Source of the DNA: Octopus vulgaris
Lineage: Eukaryota
NCBI GenBank assembly: GCA_951406725.2
Contig: OX597831.1
Span: 3,038,001-3,102,000, forward strand
Direction: 5' to 3'
DNA: 64,000 bases
The notes beneath the pieces were generated by a model. That model made no database searches, was not told the origin of the DNA, and saw only the letters and a program-made list of their open reading frames with translations. Positions 40,881 through 61,560 of this stretch are shown here, one piece after another (position 1 is the stretch's first letter; the number at the start of each line of letters is the position of its first letter). Position numbers and translations under genes: made by a program.

Positions 40881-41394
40881 ATTGCAAGGCCAGAAACGGT
40901 CGTCTTGCCTGTTTCTGGACACGTTGGCTTCGTAGTTGAGTGGTTTCGCAGCGCTGTTCGAGCTGTTATAGACATTAACTTTCAGCACGAATTTCACTGA
41001 CTGCCATTGTTTTCAACGTCTTGGTTGAGATGATTTGTCAGTGATGCGTGCGATATAATTGTCTGCCAGTTTAACAGGCACAATGTTTGTATATATGTGA
41101 GTATTTATGCATTTATGTATCTATGTATGTCATAGAATTATATGCATTTATATGTGTGCATGTATGTATGTATGTATGTATGTATGTATGTATGTATGTA
41201 TGTATGTATGCGTTTATGCTTTTTGCATGGATTTATTTATGCATGTACGTACGTACCTATGCATGGATTGATGTATGTACGTACGTATGCATGCATATAT
41301 GTATGTATACACACACACACACACACAATTGTTTTGACTCTTATGTTTAGCAATACTGGTACTGACTAACCCTAACCAGTATTAGTGACGTCTG

Positions 41395-41938
<544 letters not shown>

Positions 41939-42013
41939 GAGCGTCAAATTAATACACCTGTTTGTTGTTCCTACACCTGTCTTCATCTCTTGTTTTCTGT
42001 AAATTTGAACTAA

Positions 42014-42069
<56 letters not shown>

Positions 42070-42324
42070 ATTTATGCATGCCTCTTTGTATGCATATGTA
42101 TGTATGTATGTATGCATGTATGTATGTATGTATGTATGTATGTATGTATGTATGTATGTATGTGTGTATGTGTGTATGTGTTTAAGTTCCTAGTTACAGG
42201 GCATAGCTTTTGTACCAAGGTAGCCGAAATGTTACATAGAGGCACCTCCGTAACTTTCTACAAACTCGGATAAGTCTGACTACTACTACTACTACTACTA
42301 CAACCACCACCGCCACTATTAGTT

Positions 42325-42364
<40 letters not shown>

Positions 42365-42564
42365 AGGTAGTAGTAGTAGAATATAAAATGGTGTCTGTGG
42401 TGGGGGGGGGGGAGCAGTAAAAGGGGATTAAGTCAGTGAACCCCCACTCCTGTAAGCCTCCTTGTTTGAAGACTGTATTAAAGGTCATAGGTCGATGTCA
42501 TGACAACCTTTAAGAGGGAGTTCCTGATAACAGCAACGAAGACAGATCTGATGGCGGGGGTGGC

Positions 42565-42624
42565 GATGTCGGCGGCGATAATGTTTATGGTGATGACAAC
42601 GACCACGACGACGACGACGACCAC

Positions 42625-42672
<48 letters not shown>

Positions 42673-42707
42673 AGTGGTGGTGGTGATGGTGATGGTGATG
42701 ATGATGG

Positions 42708-42745
<38 letters not shown>

Positions 42746-42817
42746 GTGGTGGTGATGATGTCGGCGGCGATAATGTTTATGGTGATGACAACGACCACGA
42801 CGACGACCACGACCACG

Positions 42818-42879
<62 letters not shown>

Positions 42880-42916
42880 AATGATGATGGTGTGATGGTG
42901 ATGGTGATGGTGATGG

Positions 42917-42950
<34 letters not shown>

Positions 42951-43126
42951 AATGATGATGGTGATGGTGATGATGGTGGTGATGGTGATGGTGATGATGA
43001 TGGTGATGATGATGATGATGATGATGAAGATGATGGTGGTGGTGATGGTGATGGTGATGATGATGATGATGATAATGATGATGGTGATGGTGATGATGGT
43101 GGTGATGGTGATGGTGATGATGATGG

Positions 43127-43157
<31 letters not shown>

Positions 43158-43183
43158 GATGATGGTGATGGTGATGGTGATGG

Positions 43184-43218
<35 letters not shown>

Positions 43219-43305
43219 GTGGTGGTGATGGTGATGGTGATGATGATGATGATGATAATGATGATAATGATGATGGTGGTGGTGATGGTAGTAATGATGA
43301 TAATG
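42565..43305. repeat. (GAT/GGT)n compound array with higher-order duplication
   Basis: gatgtcggcggcgataatgtttatggtgatgacaacgacc occurs at about 42565 and 42757. Confidence 0.95.
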
Positions 43306-43554
43306 CTGACAGAACAATTGCCAACGACATCAACAAAAGCAAAAACAGCAAAAAAAAAAGAGAAAAATTACATTCATTCACATCACCATTACCAACAATA
43401 AGGGTTCATCACCATCATCATCATCGTATCATCATCATTATCATCATAATCATCGCCGTCGTCATCGTCGTCATCCTTGTCCTCTTTGTCGTCGTCATCG
43501 TCACCAGCAACCACAAAACGTGTTCCAATGACACCACCACCACCACCACCACCA

Positions 43555-44128
43555 CATGCATACATACATACATACATACATACATACATACATACATACA
43601 TACATACATACATACATACATGCATACATACATACATACATACATACATACATACATACATACATACATACATACATACATACACACATACATACATACA
43701 TACATACATACATACATACATACATACATACATACATACATACAGACATACATACATACATACATGCATGCATGCATACATGCATGCATACATACATACA
43801 GACATACATACATACATACATACATACATACATACATACATACATACATACATACATACATACATACATACATACATACATACATACATACATACATACA
43901 TACATACATACATACATACATACATACATACATGCATACATACATACATACATACATACATACATACATGCATACATACATACATACATACATACATACA
44001 TACATACATACATACATACATACATACATACATACATACATGCATACATACATACATACATACATACATACATACATGCATACATACATGCATACATACA
44101 TACATACATACATACATACATACATACA

Positions 44129-44158
<30 letters not shown>
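43555..44158. repeat. (TACA)n array, about 600 bp
   Basis: About 150 units with TGCA/GACA variants. Confidence 0.97.
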
Positions 44159-44160
<2 letters not shown>

Positions 44161-44611
44161 AGATGCAAGGATCGAGGTGTAGGAAGAAAGTTAGCTTCAA
44201 GCAAACCGTAGTAAATATTATTAAAAAAAAAAAAACAACTTTCAGGGACAATAGAGTTTTATTAAGACGGAAGGTTGTGGATTTTTTTCCTTATCGAAGT
44301 ACGATAAACTGAAAAAAGTTCTTTTTATATTTCATGATAAGGAGCTAGGGTTGGCGAGTATGCGAATACAAATACAAGAGTTAAGGAATGGAACAAATAA
44401 AATCCAGGCTACACATTTTTCATAGCGAGCGGAATCTCGGAAGTGGTAAATATCCAAGCGAGGTCTATGCCGCAGGCTTCTCTTCAGGCCAAAGGTGTCT
44501 TGATTATATGAAAGTTTACATTATCGCAAGGAGGTACATGTTAAGACATGGAAGATTAAACCAGAATGTATACATACAAACATACATACATACATACATA
44601 CATAAATACAT

Positions 44612-44876
44612 TATGGCTGCCCCCTTGTTATCGAGTATGGCCATTGCACGAAGCTTAACTGTTACTGGTGCTGTGATCGAATGTGACTTTTTAGCCCAGC
44701 TAAAGATCTACAATGTCTTGTACAAAATTGGCAACTAAAACCTTTACTAGTAATAGCCGGCTGTAGTTGTAACTGGGCTTCATGTACCTTTGCATGTCGT
44801 TTAAGTCCTCCTGCCGAATTACACTCTCTTCCACATGCCCGACAGATATGATTAGTATGGTGTGCTACACCACCAC
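44612..44876 (-). mobile_element. RTE-type LINE 3' end encoding two C2H2 zinc fingers
   Basis: CRACGRECNSAGGLKRHAKVH and CQFCTRHCRSLAGLKSHIRSQH*. 11-bp TSD cataaatacat at 44601 and 44877. Confidence 0.8.
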
Positions 44877-45224
44877 CATAAATACATACATACAGACAGA
44901 CAGACAGACACATAGATAGACAAACACGACCTATTTTCAGTTTCCGTCTACCAAATCAACTCACAAGGCTTTGGTCGGCGGGCTATAGTAGAAGACACTT
45001 GCACAATTTGGATGATCAAAAAGATGGAATGGTCACGGCTCGAACGCTTTTGGTAAAAGACCTTCTCGGTCAGCTTCTGACTTGAGGTCAAGCAACTATA
45101 AATGCGTAAGAGAGTTAATTTACAGTCGCTAAAAGTAACAGCCAAATCTTCCTCAAATCACACGTGAAGGACAATGAATAATGTAACCTTACACACACAC
45201 ACACACTACATGCACACACTCATG

Positions 45225-45257
<33 letters not shown>

Positions 45258-45449
45258 ACTCACACACTCACACATATATGTGCTTAGCAAAAAGTATTGG
45301 GTGGTCATGATTGGAATGGTCTTGATCTTAGGTCTGCTCAATCAGGATTGACTCGGGGCTAAATAACAATGGCGGCAACGTTAAACGTTACGTCGTCACG
45401 AAACATTCAAAGTGCAACAACAGCATAAATGAACACTGACTTTGCAAAC

Positions 45450-45491
45450 AGCTACACCACCGCCATTACCGCCACCACCACCACCACCACC

Positions 45492-45523
<32 letters not shown>

Positions 45524-45642
45524 CAACAACAACAACGACGACAACAACAAGAACAACAAAAGCTCCTCCACCGCCACTAACAACAACAATAATCACCACC
45601 ACCAACAAAAACAATGACAAAAACAGGATCACCACCACCACC

Positions 45643-45674
<32 letters not shown>

Positions 45675-46320
45675 CAACAACAATAAAAGCTCTAACACCA
45701 CCTCCACCATCCTCATCACCATTGTCACCGCCACCACCACCACAACCACTAACAACAACAACAACTAAAACAATAACTAAAGCTCCACCACCACCAACAA
45801 CAACAACAATAACAACAACAACAATAACAACAACAACAATAACAACAACAACAATAACAACAACAACAAAAGCCATAACAAAAAATAACACCACCACCAC
45901 CACCACCATCACCACCACCACCACCAATAACAACAGCAGCAGCAATGACAATTACAATAACAACTAGTACTAATACGGCTCCACCACCACTACCACCACC
46001 AACACCAACAACAACAACAATAACTAAAACAATAACAAAAGCACTACCAACCCTACCACCACCACCACCACCACCACCACCACCACCACCATCACCGACA
46101 ACAACAACAACTACTACTACTACTACTACTACGAGACCGCCATCACCACCACCAACAGCCGCAATAATCATTACAATAACAACAACTATTACTATACCGC
46201 CTCCACCACCACCACCACCACCAACATTTACAACAACAACAACAACAAAACTGAACCTTCACCGCCCCCACCACACCACTGCAAACAGCAATAATAATAA
46301 TAATAATAGTAATAATAATA

Positions 46321-46373
<53 letters not shown>

Positions 46374-47949
46374 TGAAAACAGATGAATTGGGTTTCTCTC
46401 AAGAAATCTATTTATGTGTATTGTGTATGTGTGTGTGTGTGTGTGTAATGTGTGTATCTGTATTGTGTATGTATGTGGCTGATGAGTGTGTGTGTGTGTG
46501 TATGTGGTGTGTGTGTGGTGTGTGTGCGTGTATGTGTCTGATAAGCGTGTGTTGCGTGTGTGTGTATGTGTTTAACGTGTGTCTGCAACGTGCGCGTGTC
46601 TGTGTGTATGTGTATCTGTATGTGTGCGTGTGTGTATATGTGGTATGTATTTATATGTCGTGTGTGTGTGTGTGTGTAAATCTACAACGTATATGTGCCT
46701 ACGTCGTATGTGTGCGTATGCGTATGTGTGTGTATGCGTATGTGTGTGCATGTGTGTATGTCTAACGTGCGTATATGCACGTGTCCAATTTGTGTAAATG
46801 TGGTATATTTATTTACAAATGCCTGATTTGTGTGTGGTGTGTGTACGTGCCTATATATATATGTGTGTGTATGTGAGTGTGTGTGTATGTGTGTGTGTGT
46901 GTATGTATATACCTGCGTGAGAAGTGTGTATGTAATGTACATGTGTGGAAGTGATATGTGGTTGGGTGTGGTGTGATGCGGTGTGGTGTGGTGTGTGTGA
47001 GTGGTGTCTGATGACGGTGTATGCGTTGTACGTCAATAGTGTGTGTGAGATCTTCGTATGTATGCGTGAAATGTGTGCGTGATATATGCGTGCTGTGTAA
47101 TGTATATGTACGTATGTATATATGGCATCGGTGGTGGTTTAATTGTAGGATGTGCATGTATAAATGTGTGTGTGTAAATAGTATATGCGTAGTGTATCTA
47201 ATGTGTGTGTTATGTGCATATATGTATATCTGTGCGTATTCTATGAAATGTATGTATGTATTGTGTGCGATATATGTGTTTGTTGCGTTTGTGTGTGAGC
47301 TATGTATTGAGCGTATATTTTGTGCGATGTATGTTTCTAATATGTATTGTATGAGGTGTGTGTATGTATTATGTTGGCGTGAAACGTGTGAGATGTGGCT
47401 GTGTATTATACATGAAATATATGTATGCATTGTGCGTTTGTGTGAAATGTGCGTTTGATATGTGTTGTGTGTAGTGTAGGTGTGGTGGTGATGTAGTCGT
47501 GATGGCGCGTGAGTGTATGTGTGGAAGAGAGAGAGAGGGGGAGTGTGTGTATGTAGTATGTATATGCGTTGTGTGTGAGATGGATGTATGCATTGTGCGT
47601 TTGTGTGAAATGTGCGTGTGATATGTGTTGTGTGTAGTGTAGGAGTGGTGGTGATGTAGTCGAGATGGTGTGCGACTTAGTGTATGTGTGGAGGAGAGAC
47701 AGAGGGAGGGTTATGTATGTGTATTGTGTGTATGTAGTGTCTGTGAGATGTACGTATGCATTGTGAGTTTGTGTGAAATGTGTGTCAGTTATACAGCGTA
47801 TGTACGTGTGGTATTGGTATAGAGGTGATGTGGTCGGGGTAGTGTTTGTGTCGAGGTGTGTGTATGTGTGTATTGTGTCTATGCATTGTGTGTGAGATGT
47901 GTATGTGCATTGTATGTTTGTGTGAAATGTGTGCAGGATACGTGCTGTT

Positions 47950-47980
<31 letters not shown>

Positions 47981-48224
47981 ACGTGATACTGATATTGAAG
48001 TGATGTAGAAGTGATGGTAATGGTATGGAGAAGTATGAACAGATGTGTAATCTACGCGTATGATGTTTTGTATGTGGCATGTGTGTGTGTAATGCATGTG
48101 AGATGCGTGTGACGTGTGTATGTGTGTACATGTGGTGGTGTAGTAGGTTGTAATGACAATGGTGGTATGGGTGTTGCTGTGAATATGTGTGTGTGTGAAC
48201 GCGTAAGTGTATGTGTGTGTATGC

Positions 48225-48264
<40 letters not shown>

Positions 48265-48280
48265 ATCTGTGTTTGCATAT
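45450..48280. repeat. Low-complexity ACC/ACA/AAT then TG-rich block with cryptic higher-order units
   Basis: Direct inspection. Confidence 0.92.
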
Positions 48281-48299
48281 GGTGTGACAATGTTTTAGT

Positions 48300-48555
48300 T
48301 GTTGTTTAACGACAGGTCAGTCTTACTCGAGCAGGCCTGAGATCAGAGACCTTCCAGCCGTAGCTGTTCCGACTTTTTTCAGTATACAAGTAACCCACAT
48401 CTACTTTATGCAAAGTCCCCTTTTCTAAAACATTGGGGTTTTTTTGAGGATTTTCTAAAAACGTTGGGGGTTTTTGAAGGTTTTTGGGGATTTGAGGGAA
48501 AAGATTTGGCTGCTATTTTTAGCAGTTCAAACGACCACATAGAAGCACCCTCGTT
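48300..48555 (+). mobile_element. Representative of an ancient degenerate interspersed repeat (family E)
   Basis: caggtcag...gagcag.cct..gatca.ag...ttccagccg...gatttggctgctattt.tagcag...gaccac.taga. Relatives near 2.55, 3.3, 3.95, 6.9-7.3, 8.9, 24.5, 30.8, 45.1-45.4, 56.1 and 63.3 kb. Confidence 0.65.
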
Positions 48556-48942
48556 ATGAGTGTTGTTGTTGGTAATGGTGTCATGGTTGTCTTTATGACG
48601 TGGTGGTGTTCATGCAATGCAGATGGTGAAAGTATAGCGTTGACAAACTTTTGGTAAAGTTATCGAGTTGGTGACATGGTAACAAAGTGATGTGAAGAGA
48701 CGTTGCCTAATGGTTAATGCATTAGGCTCACGTCCACAAAATTGCCGGTTCAATTCCCGGAACTGGTGGTGCATCTTGTTCCTTCAGCAAGACACTTCAT
48801 TTCACGTTGCTCTACTCCAGGGACTTTCTGAATGGCATGTCTAACGAAAAATTACCTCCATTTAAAAAAAAAATTTAGTTGTAATATCCGCTTGATTATG
48901 TGTTGTGTCTCATGCAGTCCGGTTTTCGAAAAAAATGTTGGT

Positions 48943-49093
48943 CAGGTGTGGCTGTGTGGTAAGAAGCTTGCTTCCCAACGACATGGTTCCAGGTTCAGTC
49001 CTACTGATGAATAGTACTTTGGGCAAGTGTCTTCTGCTGTAGCCTTGTGAGTGGATTTGGTAGGCGGAAACTGAAAGAAGCCTGTCGTGTATG

Positions 49094-49143
<50 letters not shown>

Positions 49144-49380
49144 GTGTGTGTGTTTGTCTTTGTGTCTGTGTTTGTCCCCACCCCACCCCACCATCGCATG
49201 ACAACCGATATTTGGTGTGTTTATGATCCCGTAACTTAACCGTTCGGCAAAAGCAACCGATAGAATATATACTAGGCTTACGAAGAATAAGTCCTGGGAT
49301 CGATTTCTGGTACTCGAAAACCCTTTAAGGCGATGCTCCAGCATGGCCGCAGTCGAATGCCTGAAACATGTAAAAGAGTA
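48943..49380 (+). mobile_element. SINE family A, diverged
   Basis: Family consensus match. Confidence 0.85.
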
Positions 49381-49824
49381 TACCTGCTCTAGTCTACCCA
49401 TCTGAAACGAGCACCACCCGAATGCTGATGCAGCTTCACCCACCCCTAATTAGTTGTCACATTTACGAGGTTCTACATGGTCAGGGGCAGGTGGGCCGCG
49501 AAGGTATGCGTTTGCAATAACGGGGACCCTAAGACAGTCTAGCGGAAGCATCATACATATTGCCAAGTGCAGTTTAGTCTAATGTAGACGTGATAACGAG
49601 GTGGTCTTGAGTTTACGGTAATGTATCGGTTGTAGTATGGCGACGGTGATGTTGATGTAGTTGTATGATAATGTGCTAAATAAATGGAAATTAATTCGGA
49701 GGCGATGTGCTAATTAAAATTGTCCCCTTAGATAAAGAAATATAAAACTTAGAGCTAATTGTTGGCGACCCTTTAATTGTTGTGAGCAGACAGAATCATT
49801 AGAACGATGGACAAAGCGCCTAGC

Positions 49825-50294
49825 GGTATTCCACCGAGGTCGACTTTACCTTTCATCCTTTCGGGGTCGATAAATTAAGTACCAGTTACGCATTGGGGTC
49901 GATGTAATCGACTTAATACCTATGTCTGTCCTTGTTTGTCCCCCTCTATGTTTAGCCCCTTGTGGGTAATAAAAAAATAGGTATTCCGCCGAGGTCGACT
50001 TTACCTTTCATTCTTTCGGGGTCGATAAATTAAGTACCAGTTACGCACTGGGGTCGATGTAATCGACTTAATACCTATGTCTGTCCTTGTTTGTCCTCTC
50101 TATGTTTAGCCCCTTGTGGGTAATAAAGAAATAGGTATTCCGCCGAGCTCGACTTTACCTTTCATCCTTTCGGGGTCGATAAATTAAGTACCAGTTACGC
50201 ATTGGGGTCGATGTAATCGACATAAATACCTATGTCTGTCCTTGTTTGTCCCCTCTGTGTTTAGCCCCTTGTGGGTAATAAAGAAATAGGTATT
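49825..50294 (+). repeat. Head-to-tail trimer of the SINE B 3' part (155/154/155 bp)
   Basis: Units start with ggtatt at 49825, 49980 and 50134, and the array ends at ggtatt 50289. Confidence 0.93.
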
Positions 50295-50311
50295 TCTTCT
50301 TGCTTTGCAAT

Positions 50312-50410
50312 CTGAGCTCAACTTCTGCTGAGCTCAACTTCTGCTGGGCTCAACTTCTGCTGAGCTCAACTTCTGCTGAGCTCAACTTCTGCTGAGCTCA
50401 ACTTCTGCTG
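50312..50410. repeat. 16-bp minisatellite (ctgagctcaacttctg)x6 derived from the SINE B B-box
   Basis: Six units continue directly into gtcgactttgcctttc. Confidence 0.92.
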
Positions 50411-51959
50411 ATGTCGACTTTGCCTTTCGTGTCATTTCAGGGTCAAATGAAATTAGATACCATTTGAGGAAAGGAGTCGATGTCATTGACTTGCTTCCTC
50501 CCTTCAAATTGCTGGCCTTGTGCTTATATTTACAACGACGATCTGGCAGAAATAAATTTCGTGAAATCACTACGTAATTTTTTGAAATTATTTCCCCACC
50601 ATTTTTTACGTTTCTACTATAATGGCAAAAGGCCTGAAATTTTGCTGGAGCGAGTTAGTCGACTGCCACCGACTCCATTCTTCAAATGATACTTATTTTA
50701 CCAAACCCGATAGGGATGAAAGATAAAAGGCAAAGCTGACCTCGGCGGAAGTTGAACTCAGATCGCGAAGCCAGAAGAAATGCCGCTAAGCTTTTTTTCC
50801 CCATCGTCCTAATGATTCTCTCTGCTCATCACCTTAAAGAGTCGCTAACAATTAACTCCAAGTTTCATTTTTCTTTATCTACGGGGACAATTTTAATTGG
50901 TACATCGCCTCTGATTTAATTTCAATTTACGACATTGGCTCTCTTGAATTAATTCTATTGTTGCATTTTATTTCTTAACTATATAAATTATTACGGGCCA
51001 AACATTTACGTATTTGTCTATATATAAACATTAATGCTAACCAACTAAACAAATCAGGCTTGAGTCGGCTACATTATACTTATGAAGTCTATTAAGGTTG
51101 GAACAAGCCTGCAATTGTTGCCCTTGCTTGCAAGCAAATCTCAAACTTTTCTCTGAGTACATAAACGAATCATATGAAATTAATTCTTAATTTGCAGAAA
51201 TTATCTAAGCCGCTCATCTGGCAGAACCGTTACAGCGCAGGTTAAACATGCTCGGTGTAATTTCTTACGTCCTTACATTCTGAGTTCAAATCTTGCCAGG
51301 GTCAACTTTGCCTTTCATCCTTTCGGCATCAATAAAATAAGTAGCAGTTGCGTACTGGGGTCAATCTATTCGATTGGCTCCCTCCCCGAAAATTTCGGGC
51401 CTTATGCCTTGAATAGAAAAGAATAAAATAAGTAGCAGTGAAACACCAGGGTCTATGTAATCGACTTAATCCCTCCCTTCGAAACTGCAGTCTTTGTGTC
51501 AAAATTTGAAACCAAATTACAGAAATTATCTCCCCTTTTTGTTTGAGAGTCGCTAACGATTAACTTTTAGGCTTTTGTGTTCCTTCTCCTACTAAGAGGG
51601 TAATTTCAATTATTTGAGCTTTTCCTTTTTGTTTTTTAGTTGTTATCTTTATTCAGTACATCACCTCCTTTATTTAATTATCATAATTTGATGGTTGTAA
51701 TGAACCGGTTGGTGGAATGATACTATGAAGGTGATGCGGGGTTCGAGATCTTTCCATATTGCGGCGGTCGTGTGTCCGTGTGTGTGTGCGCGCTTATGCG
51801 CCCGTATGTATGTGTGTGTGTGTATGTATGTGTGCGTGTGCGTGTGTGCTTGCGTGCGGTAATGTGGTTGACAGAGGCGGAGGTTATGAGTGTGTCAATG
51901 TAGTGTTGCGATGTGATGTTGTGGTGGTAATTTGGTTAAAATGGTGGCAGGTGCAACGC

Positions 51960-58260
<6,301 letters not shown>

Positions 58261-58479
58261 AACAAACAATAAAAACAAAAGCCTTACCACGAATATCTTC
58301 AAACTGTCTCCACCATTCTTTCAAACCATCCATTACCAACAACAGCAACAACAACAACACTTCAATCGCTAATAAAAGGATATTGAACCTATGATATTGA
58401 AAATTTCATTTTATTTTCCATAGTTAAGGCCGTTCAAGACACAACACCCGAAAACACGTGACCAGTAATACAGGTAATG

Positions 58480-60400
58480 GTTTTAAATTTTGGCACGCGG
58501 GATAGGTGGTTCTTTTTTTCTTGTTTTATTTTTTTGGAGAGAGGGAAAATCGATTACATCGACCCCAGTAGTACGTGACTGGTACTTATTTCATCGACCC
58601 TGAAAGAATGAAAGGTAAAGTCGACCACGGCGGCATTTGAACTCAGAACATAAAGACGGACGAAATACTGCCAAGCATTTTGCCCGGCGTCCTTACGATT
58701 CTTATTTCTTTATTGCCCACAAGGGGCTAAACACAGAGGGGACAAACAGGGATAGACAAAGGGATTATATCGATCCTAGTGCGTAACTGGTACTTAATTT
58801 ATCGACCCCCGAAAGGATGAAAGGCAAAGTCGACCTCGGCGGAATTTGAACTCAGAAGTATAAGACGACCAATTTTGAGGGGAGGGGTTAGTCGATTACA
58901 TTGATGCCAATACTTAACTGGCACTTTTATTTTCATCAACCTGAAAGGTTGAAAGACAAAGCTGACTTCTGCGGTATTTGAGTTCCGAACGTACAAAGAA
59001 ATGCGACTAATAACTTTGTTCGACGCACAATTGATTCTGCCAACTAGCCTCCCAAATAATGAGATAAAAATCCTTTCCGGGCCATATAGACTCATGGGTC
59101 TATGATTCATATAGACTCATAAGGCTGGTTTCCCGATTTCCGTGGCGCATATCTTCTTCCGCCTGGACGGGACGCCGGTCAATCGCAGAGTTTACTCATT
59201 TTTGCCAGCTGATTCGACTGGAGCTACGTGAAATTAAGTGTTTTGTTCATGAACACAATGCATCGTCCGGGCCAAGGACCGAAACCACAGTCTTAGGATC
59301 ATAAGTCCAACATCATAATCTCTAAGCCACTCGCTACAATATCGCCCCCACCTCCATCCTAATGGTACAATAATATTCTTTCTAATTTTGGCACAAGGCC
59401 AACAATTTTAAGTAAGGTGGAGCAATTCGATTCATTGACCCTGGTACGTCACTAATATTTTATTTTATCTGCACCGGAGAGATGAAAGACTAAGATGACT
59501 TAAGCGAGGTTTGAACTCGGAACCACATTTAAAAAAAAGTCAGAACAAATACCGCAAGGCTACCGTTTTGTCCGACGCTTTAAAGATTCTGCTATGTCTA
59601 ATAGACCTTTCATTTAGGCTCAAGGTGTAAGGCGACGAACTGGCAGAATCGTGAGTCCGCCCGGAAAATGCCTAACGGTATTTCGTACGTCTTTACATTC
59701 TGAGTTTAAATTCCGCCGAGTTCAATTTTACCTTTCATACTTCCGGGGTCGAGTTCTGGGGTAGATGTAATCGACTTACCCCACTCCTACGATCTTGCTG
59801 CTCTTGTGCCAAAATTTGAAACCAATTTAAGGCACAAGGCCAGTAGTTTTGATGGGAGGGGAATAATTGATTAAATTAACCCCAGAATTTGATAGCTATT
59901 TTATTTAATCGACCCCGAAAGAATGAAAGGCAAAGTAGACCGCGATAGGAGTTGAAATCAGAACACGTAAAGAGCCGGAATAAATACGGCAGGGCAAGTT
60001 TTCCCACGCTGTAACGATTCCAGAAATACTTGTTTCTAATTTAGGCACAAGGCCAGCAACTTTTGAGGGGAGGGTTTTTCAATTGACTTGCACTTTCATT
60101 TTATCTACTTTCGTGGGATAAAAGACGAGAACTGAAATCAAAAGTCACATGAAAAGAAATACCGCAAAGTAGTTTTTCGATATTTTAACAATTCTGCTAA
60201 TCCGTAATTATAAAATGCTTTTAATCTAGGCACAAGGCGTGTAATTTTTGAGTGGAGAGAATAAGCCTATATCATTCAAATAAGTTTTTAACGAGCATTT
60301 TAGTTTATCCACGCCGGTGGGGGTGATAAACAGAGTTAGCCCCGGCAGAATTTGAACTCACAATGTAAAGAACCGCAACAAATAACACAAGATTTGTTTT
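58480..60400. mobile_element. Dense stack of SINE B copies (about 9) plus one C'-tailed SINE (59075-59335)
   Basis: Repeated ggcacaaggcc...cgaccccgaaag.atgaaaggcaaagtcgac...tttgaactc modules, mostly minus strand. Confidence 0.8.
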
Positions 60401-60419
60401 TGTGTGTTCTTACCAAGAA

Positions 60420-60767
60420 AGGAAGAAGACAGAAGTTTGTTAAATATAGGAGACACCGTCAGTGCTTCCACGCTGGGTTTGAAAAACTATGTTGTGTTTA
60501 ATGGAAGAAGACTATTATATATGGCTAGAAATATCGAAAAGTCACTGCAACAGTGAACGAATTCAAGAACTGAAAGAAGAACGTCAGGACAAATAAACAG
60601 AAAAAGAAGAGATTCGAGGCCAATTCATTCTACGAATCGAAGATGTTGCAAGTGAAGGATATGGTGAAAGAGAATATTGATGAAATTCAGCTTGAGAGCA
60701 AACGCAGAATGTGTGGAAAAGGGGATGAAAGTATTAACCATCTCCTAAATGAGTGCATTTAAGGTAG

Positions 60768-60809
<42 letters not shown>

Positions 60810-60891
60810 CACATACATATATACATACATACATACATACATACACATACATACATACATACATACATACATACATACATACATACATACA

Positions 60892-60922
<31 letters not shown>

Positions 60923-61560
60923 GCAACACACTGCCTAAATGCCAATCTTGAGAAATTAGTCTTCTCAAAACCAGAAAGGGGAAAGCTAATTCGAAGGCTA
61001 GAGATCCAATCCATCACTGGAACTGTAAAAATCTGTAAAACTTTCCAGAAGTTTATCATTTAAATATATATGAACATATCTAGATATGCAACTAAATGCA
61101 TGAGAATACATACATACATACATATAAACAAAAATACCCTGTTAATGATGAAATTCCAATGAAGGAATCTTGGATCTAGGTTGGAAACCGGCTCTTTCTC
61201 TATTGTATCTTTCTCTATAAACGCAGGTATGAATGACTACGTCGGTAAAAGAATGTCTAGTGACAGGAAAATAGGGAGAACATGAGCCAGAGCCTGTAAT
61301 GGTGAATGATAATAACAGGATTTTAGGGGATTTCTTATAGAAACTGATGAAGCAAGGAGACCTGATATGATGGTAGAGGTGAGAAAAACAAAACAAGTGA
61401 AAAGATGATGGCTTGAACGAAGAAGAAAGTATCCAACTTCACTCCTTTCAGTTACGAGACAGAGGAAAACCGTTTTATCTTCTCGAATGAAGGAAGATGG
61501 TGTGGTAATCTTCACAACAGACTAACAATTGCCATAATCGTAAAAGGTAATGAGGGATGG
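60420..61560 (+). pseudogene. Old degenerate R4/Dong-like LINE with a younger LINE 3' end (60920-61215) nested inside
   Basis: Old copy: RMCGKGDESINHLLNEC (knuckle), EHEPEPVMVNDNNRIL and EARRPDMM (RLE). Nested copy: [10 protein letters not shown]...LEIQSITGTVKICKTFQKFII*. Confidence 0.72.

Larger units (their letters stand above)
49681..50929. repeat. 96-bp inverted repeat (49681-49776 / 50834-50929)
   Basis: Ungapped, 84/96 identical by manual alignment. Confidence 0.88.

Noticed and set aside
42478-46325. Long ORFs of poly-His, poly-Met, MYVC and Thr/Pro (mucin-like)
   Set aside because: They are translations of tri- and tetranucleotide repeats that are open in several frames on both strands, with no domain or splice support.
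50312-50410. CRISPR-like array
   Set aside because: No spacers, eukaryotic context, and the unit derives from the SINE B-box.
61344-61390. ctgatga hammerhead core
   Set aside because: No helix II or GAAA partner; it falls in the IETDEARRPD coding remnant of an R4-like LINE.
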